Source: a virus. Taken from it: DNA of 64,000 nt. The position numbers and the translations under genes are program-made. Positions 59,401 through 64,000 of this stretch are shown in pieces. Each line of letters opens with the position of its first letter. Position 1 is the first letter of the stretch. The stretch spans positions 8,595 to 72,594 of the IMG/VR virus record IMGVR_UViG_3300045836_000088. One strand, 5' to 3'. The notes under the pieces were generated by a model that saw only the letters and a list, made by a program, of their open reading frames with translations, made no database searches and had not been told where the DNA came from.

Positions 59401-59757
59401 ATGCCAAAAGTTAGAAATACCGTAACCCCTGAAAAAGCGTATCAGATCGTTAAGTCAGCACAGTTTATTAACGTATGTGCTGAAATGATTAAGACCGAGT
59501 ATTCTTTAGACTTGGTAGATACAAGATTTAAAAATCCGGCAGTTAATCAACATGCCTCAAGGATTAAAGAATCAGCCAACGCAATACAGCTTCATACAGC
59601 CTCTATAATCCAATATAAGAACGGAGTGGATAGAGATTATACAACAGAATATTCTAATAATCTGTGGCGCATCCTACACGCTCTTATCGGCCTTGACCTT
59701 GAACACTTAGAGGAACATGCTGATTATCTTGAAAACGCTTTAAAAGTAAGTGCGTAA
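59401..59757 (+). CDS. Hypothetical protein
   Basis: 118 aa; TAATG-coupled to the next gene. Confidence 0.55.
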   Translation: MPKVRNTVTPEKAYQIVKSAQFINVCAEMIKTEYSLDLVDTRFKNPAVNQHASRIKESANAIQLHTASIIQYKNGVDRDYTTEYSNNLWRILHALIGLDLEHLEEHADYLENALKVSA

Positions 59758-60239
59758 TGGTACTCATTAAAGCTAAATTAAAGACCTGTAGCAAATGTTT
59801 AAAGCAGCGACCACTATTCCTAGGCAAACCACATAATCTTTGCTATTACTGCGCTAAAAATAGCTCTATCAAGAAGCCAAAAGATAAGTACAGCGAAAGG
59901 CAGGAACTAGATAAATGGTTTCAGGAGCAAATCAATATCATGCCTAAGTATTGCGAGGAAAGCGGGAACTATTTAAACGCCTACGCCCCTTGGGGAGCTA
60001 AAGCCTACATCGCTCACATTTGCGCCAAAAGGAATATTAAAAGCGTAGCCACTCATCCAAATAATAGGATGTTCTACGACATAGATGTTCACACCAATTT
60101 TGATAATGCAACATCTGATGAGATTAAGCAAATGAAAAGCTATCCACTGATAGTAGCTAGGTTCAATACCTTTAAACACGAAATCCTACCTTCTGAATAC
60201 AGGTATTTGCCTGACTACCTTTTGGAGTTAATGGATTAA
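59757..60239 (+). CDS. HNH/NinG-like zinc-binding nuclease
   Basis: CxxC...CxxC N-terminus; AHI..KR...HPNN......H..FD. Confidence 0.6.
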   Translation: MVLIKAKLKTCSKCLKQRPLFLGKPHNLCYYCAKNSSIKKPKDKYSERQELDKWFQEQINIMPKYCEESGNYLNAYAPWGAKAYIAHICAKRNIKSVATHPNNRMFYDIDVHTNFDNATSDEIKQMKSYPLIVARFNTFKHEILPSEYRYLPDYLLELMD

Positions 60240-60281
60240 CCTTACTCAAAACCGCCCTATATTATTACCTAATTTCAGGGC

Positions 60282-60440
60282 ATGAAAAAAATAAATATCA
60301 CTCTCAGCAAAACAATTGTTAATGGAACATCAGGAAATGGAGCAGTCCATCATAAGTATGATACAGCAGTATCGTATGCAACTGACCCTACCACAACCTC
60401 TGGCAACGATAACACGCCGCCCCCGCCACCGCGATATTAA
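60282..60440 (+). CDS. 52-aa peptide ending in PPPPPRY (not in ORF track)
   Basis: ATG directly after the promoter motif at 60248-60277; MKKINITLSKTIVNGTSGNGAVHHKYDTAVSYATDPTTTSGNDNTPPPPPRY. Confidence 0.6.
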   Translation: MKKINITLSKTIVNGTSGNGAVHHKYDTAVSYATDPTTTSGNDNTPPPPPRY

Positions 60441-61059
60441 TACCCAAAGAGACGCGCGATTAGTAGTAATCAGTTTCACGGCTGCATCAATCATACTGAT
60501 GCAGCTTTTTTATGCCCTTAACATCTACCTTAAATACTTATCAGATGAGCCTTACCCTGCTTGGGGATGGCCTGTATATAAGTTTGTTCACCTGTGGCTA
60601 CCTTTAGCACTTGCAGTTAACACTTCCAAATCTAAAATGGAGAAGGTATTCCGGTTATTCGGCTTATTTATTACAGTATTCATGTACGTTATGGAAATGG
60701 TTACTATGCTCATGGATGTAAACGGACTAGCGCAATTTGACAGCATTGTATCACTCTATCAGATCATAACAGTAGGCGTTCTTTTCGTCGGATTATTAGG
60801 CTACACACTTTACATAGAGAATAATAAGAAGTGCGCCTTTACTTATTATTTCACTGGAAAGACATTTTACACAAGCAGGTTTAAAGACATTTTAGATTGT
60901 TGGGCTAACAATGCCAATAGGGTTACTATAGAGCCTTTAAAAGAAAGATTAAAGCACAGGGGATTATCTACAATGTCTTGGCTTCAAGAGGACAGATACA
61001 GCCATTTAAAGCCTATGAGAAAGGCAAGAGTTAATCAACCAGTATTACTTAATATATAA
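60316..61059 (+). CDS. Multi-TM membrane protein (start uncertain, possibly ATG 60376), overlapping the peptide gene
   Basis: About four hydrophobic helices followed by a soluble basic tail. Confidence 0.6.
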   Translation: MLMEHQEMEQSIISMIQQYRMQLTLPQPLATITRRPRHRDINTQRDARLVVISFTAASIILMQLFYALNIYLKYLSDEPYPAWGWPVYKFVHLWLPLALAVNTSKSKMEKVFRLFGLFITVFMYVMEMVTMLMDVNGLAQFDSIVSLYQIITVGVLFVGLLGYTLYIENNKKCAFTYYFTGKTFYTSRFKDILDCWANNANRVTIEPLKERLKHRGLSTMSWLQEDRYSHLKPMRKARVNQPVLLNI

Positions 61060-61069
61060 ACCTTAAACA

Positions 61070-61684
61070 ATGATACAACAATTGGAACTAAAACATTTAG
61101 CGGCTTATTTGCCCTATAAGCTAAACATACTAAGAGAAGGTAAGATAGTTGAGCTATGTGGATTGGAACAGCCTTACAAGACTAATAAGAGCTACCATAT
61201 ACGCGGTGAAACTAAAATACCGAATGGCACATACAGGCAAACTTGTAGCTTTTATGTAGATGAAAAAGGCTTAGAAGTTTTTAAACCCATACTAAGACCA
61301 TTATCTGATTTAACAAAAGAGATTGAGCATAATGGAGAAAGGTTTATTCCAATGGTGGAACTGCTTAAAATAAGCCAAACCGATCAGATATATAACCTCA
61401 CAGCTAAGTACGATGTTGTCAAAGCTTGGTCTGATACCGGTAGCATCGGCCTTGAATACTTTTCAATCCGCTATTCATGGGAAGCTTCAAACGATATGGT
61501 AGTCATTGCTGATCTGATGTATGATACCATGTTTAACAGGTTTACTTTACGGCAAAAACAACCTTTAGAAAAATGCCAGTGGCTTCAATATGATGTTTTA
61601 GAAGAAAAGCTTTTAGAGTGGCACTTCGATAAATTCAAGCTTCTGCAATATGGCCTTGCTATCTCCATTAATGATATAAAATAA
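61070..61684 (+). CDS. Bacteroidota phage hypothetical protein
   Basis: LKHLAAYLPYKL...KPILRPLSDLTKEIEHNG...LLEWHFD...GLAI. Confidence 0.7.
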   Translation: MIQQLELKHLAAYLPYKLNILREGKIVELCGLEQPYKTNKSYHIRGETKIPNGTYRQTCSFYVDEKGLEVFKPILRPLSDLTKEIEHNGERFIPMVELLKISQTDQIYNLTAKYDVVKAWSDTGSIGLEYFSIRYSWEASNDMVVIADLMYDTMFNRFTLRQKQPLEKCQWLQYDVLEEKLLEWHFDKFKLLQYGLAISINDIK

Positions 61685-61694
61685 CTAATTAAAT

Positions 61695-62057
61695 ATGCAA
61701 CTAACAGTAAAAGAAGCCTTAGAACAAGGTTACACAAAATTTGGCTTTGATGGTCGCGAATGGCAAAGCGCATTAGACCTGCAAACAGATATTGATGCAG
61801 ATACATTTTCCGGCCAGTCTGGAAAACCGTTATTATTCCACAAAGAAGAGTATCATCCTGGAATTGATGCCGAAAGTATTAAAGATTTATTGGCAGATCA
61901 TATTGCCTGCAATCACTATGATGAAACAGGTGATGATACCGATAATGTCGAAGATGCCGTAAGGGAATTAGACTTTGAATCTGTCGCTGAAATGATTAAT
62001 GAAAAACTCCTATCAACTACTTATTACAAGTTGACTGACATTGAACTAATCCCTTAA
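61695..62057 (+). CDS. Acidic hypothetical protein
   Basis: 120-aa ORF. Confidence 0.55.
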   Translation: MQLTVKEALEQGYTKFGFDGREWQSALDLQTDIDADTFSGQSGKPLLFHKEEYHPGIDAESIKDLLADHIACNHYDETGDDTDNVEDAVRELDFESVAEMINEKLLSTTYYKLTDIELIP

Positions 62058-62462
62058 GTGAATATGCAAAGAGAAATAAAGTTTCGCGGCTTACATAGCT
62101 TCAATGGCAAATCAGAGTGGGTGTACGGATACTACTTTAAACACCCCTACGATGATACTCATAGCATTTTCCTTATGGATGGCAGAGGAAGCAGGGTGGT
62201 TGATAAGGAAACCATAGGGGACTTCACCGGCCTCAAAGATTCCAAAGGAGTAGAGATTTATGAGGGAGATGTACTTTACATCGAAGATGATTATGGTAAA
62301 TATGGATGGGCTGCCGGATCAACAGTTAAAGTAATCTTCAAGACTGGCAGGTTCATAATGGAAGATAATGCTGGCAGGTATTATTTCGACACTGAATCAG
62401 ACATTCAAGATGGCGTAACCATTCAGGGGAACGTATATCAACATCCTCATTTAATCTCTTAA
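62058..62462 (+). CDS. YopX-family protein
   Basis: REIKFRG...WVYG...FTGLKDSKGVEIYEGD...GNVYQHP. Confidence 0.85.
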   Translation: MNMQREIKFRGLHSFNGKSEWVYGYYFKHPYDDTHSIFLMDGRGSRVVDKETIGDFTGLKDSKGVEIYEGDVLYIEDDYGKYGWAAGSTVKVIFKTGRFIMEDNAGRYYFDTESDIQDGVTIQGNVYQHPHLIS

Positions 62463-62485
62463 CCCCCTTACCCACACACCAAACA

Positions 62486-62680
62486 ATGGAAAAACAATTT
62501 GAAAATATAAAAACAGTAGTGGTGCTTGTAGAATTTGAGGACGGCTCCGTTCATCAGGTTTTAGCAAGTGCTGAAAATAAATCACTCGCTCTTAATATGC
62601 TTGCAAGGCTTCAAGGAAAGCTTATGTTAAGCAAGGAAATGGAGCCAATAGAATTTAAAGACAAAGCTAATGAAAATTGA
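62486..62680 (+). CDS. Hypothetical protein
   Basis: 64-aa ORF. Confidence 0.45.
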   Translation: MEKQFENIKTVVVLVEFEDGSVHQVLASAENKSLALNMLARLQGKLMLSKEMEPIEFKDKANEN

Positions 62681-62861
62681 AACCTATCACGAAGTTAAAA
62701 TACACTTTGAGAATCATGAATCTGTAAGGGTTGCAGAAACAGCTACCCACTTAATAAAGCGAGGTTATAAAACGATTAAGGGCAAATTAACAGGTGGCAC
62801 TATTAAGGGGTTTAAAACTGATAATGGTGGCCTTTTACTGATTTTAAGAAGCAAATATTAA
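62670..62861 (+). CDS. Hypothetical protein
   Basis: 63-aa ORF. Confidence 0.4.
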   Translation: MKIETYHEVKIHFENHESVRVAETATHLIKRGYKTIKGKLTGGTIKGFKTDNGGLLLILRSKY

Positions 62862-63072
62862 AGTTATGACCTACTCAATCGCTTCGCTTATTTCAAGGCC
62901 CATCAACAAACATTAACTCTCAATGCACGGATTAAAGAACTGGAAGAAGCGTTGAGAGAGGCTAAGATTGAACTACAATCATTTATTCCCGCTACTGATG
63001 TATTAGTACTTGAAAAAGTAGTTAAAGCACTTAAAGGAGCATCTATTTACGATTAAATAAAAGGATTTTACT

Positions 63073-63249
63073 ATGGAAGAATTAGATACAGAATTTACAG
63101 ACGAGCTTACCTGCCCTCATTGCGGCTATGAGCATAGTGATGCTTGGGAGCTTTCAGAGAATGATGGAGAAATAAGTTGCGACAGGTGTAGCGAAGAATT
63201 TTCATTTGTCAGGAATATTTCAATCAGCTACACCACCAAAAAATTATAA
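63073..63249 (+). CDS. Small zinc-ribbon protein (not in ORF track)
   Basis: MEELDTEFTDELTCPHCGY...ISCDRCSEEF. Confidence 0.6.
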   Translation: MEELDTEFTDELTCPHCGYEHSDAWELSENDGEISCDRCSEEFSFVRNISISYTTKKL

Positions 63250-63278
63250 AGCATTAGGTAACCATTGATATTTAAGAG

Positions 63279-63506
63279 ATGAAAATTTCAGTAAGCTGGG
63301 TGTTAATTCACCTTATGATTTTCGGTGTGCCATTCTTGTTTTTCGGATGGTTCTATAAAAATGTTTTGCACCCCAATTACAGATGGCAGCAACAGGGTAA
63401 TAGATGCTATGAAGATAAGGCATGTTATGCTACCTATATGGCAGTAATAGTATTTGCCGCTTTTGAGCTAACCATTCATAACCATGTAATAACCTTTTCA
63501 TTTTAA
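63279..63506 (+). CDS. Small two-TM membrane protein
   Basis: Two hydrophobic segments. Confidence 0.45.
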   Translation: MKISVSWVLIHLMIFGVPFLFFGWFYKNVLHPNYRWQQQGNRCYEDKACYATYMAVIVFAAFELTIHNHVITFSF

Positions 63507-63510
63507 TTTA

Positions 63511-63966
63511 ATGCAGTCAATAAAAGAAAAACTAAAGGCTATGATAACTGAACTTCAGGTTTCAGCCGCTATAGTACCGCCCCATGTAAAAGTAATCGCA
63601 AGTAATGAAGCTATTTCCATAGCTCAACAAGCCTACGACTTATCCTTATCCCAAATAAAACAATGCCAGGAAACCATATTAAGAAGAGATAAGATGATTA
63701 TAGACTTAAATCTTCAATTAGGTAATAGGTGGGTGCCAGTATGTGAAAGACTGCCTTATCCCGGTCAATATGTAAACTTCCTTATTGAACACTCTTATGG
63801 CAAAGAGGAGGTATTATGTGGACAGTTTGAGGAAGATAGGTTTGGGGAATTTGCGTTTCATACAGTATCCCACGCGTATTACTTATCAGAACCTAATTAT
63901 CAAGTGATTTCGTGGCAGCCTCTCCCTCCTGCACCTGATGTTAAACCTAAAGAAGAAGAAAAATGA
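63511..63966 (+). CDS. DUF551-like domain protein
   Basis: WVPVCERLP...VISWQPLPPAP. Confidence 0.65.
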   Translation: MQSIKEKLKAMITELQVSAAIVPPHVKVIASNEAISIAQQAYDLSLSQIKQCQETILRRDKMIIDLNLQLGNRWVPVCERLPYPGQYVNFLIEHSYGKEEVLCGQFEEDRFGEFAFHTVSHAYYLSEPNYQVISWQPLPPAPDVKPKEEEK

Positions 63967-64000
63967 CACCCGAAGAAGAAGCAAAAATATTTAAGGATAC

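Noticed and set aside
62862-63057. Open frame continuing past the TAA of 62670-62861 (possible readthrough)
   Set aside because: No start codon and TAA readthrough is unlikely; more probably a gene remnant.
1-64000. Stop-codon reassignment (common in crAss-like phages)
   Set aside because: Long genes are intact in code 11; TAG (repressor, cargo, SSB) and TGA end genes at sensible boundaries; no suppressor tRNA seen.

Overview
The whole window is one temperate Bacteroidota phage genome segment in genetic code 11. The host inference rests on TAnnTTTG promoters, few Shine-Dalgarno sites and a CKKD lipoprotein. The minus-strand virion module (1-33.3 kb) is podovirus-type and resembles crAss/phi14:2/Pachyviridae. 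It contains a GroES-like protein, terminase, portal, scaffold, major capsid, three ring proteins, a muzzle apparently split over two genes, three ejection/cargo proteins, an Ig-like protein and an SGNH tail fibre that the ORF track missed. A lysogeny cassette interrupts this module at 4.3-7.7 kb: tyrosine integrase, an intact attP mimicking a tRNA 3' end, an S24 repressor and Cro-like genes. A minus-strand replication/middle block (34-44 kb) encodes a PAS protein, a DnaA-CTD protein, a C5 methyltransferase with an overprinted beta subunit, a primase-helicase, an initiator with iterons, NinB-like and RepL-like proteins. A plus-strand early/accessory block (45-64 kb) encodes a lipoprotein, ArdA, ERF, SSB, DUF6948 plus a Gly-repeat protein, nucleases and YopX. 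The most notable unexplained signals are: (1) a promoter family AAAA-N18-TAnnTTT(G/A); (2) a 17-bp copy of an attP arm site over the replication-operon promoter; (3) a 43-bp operator/promoter duplicated 39 kb apart; (4) a structured ~300-nt early leader; (5) an unannotated polyproline peptide overlapping a multi-TM gene. All family assignments come from motif recognition by eye, not database searches.
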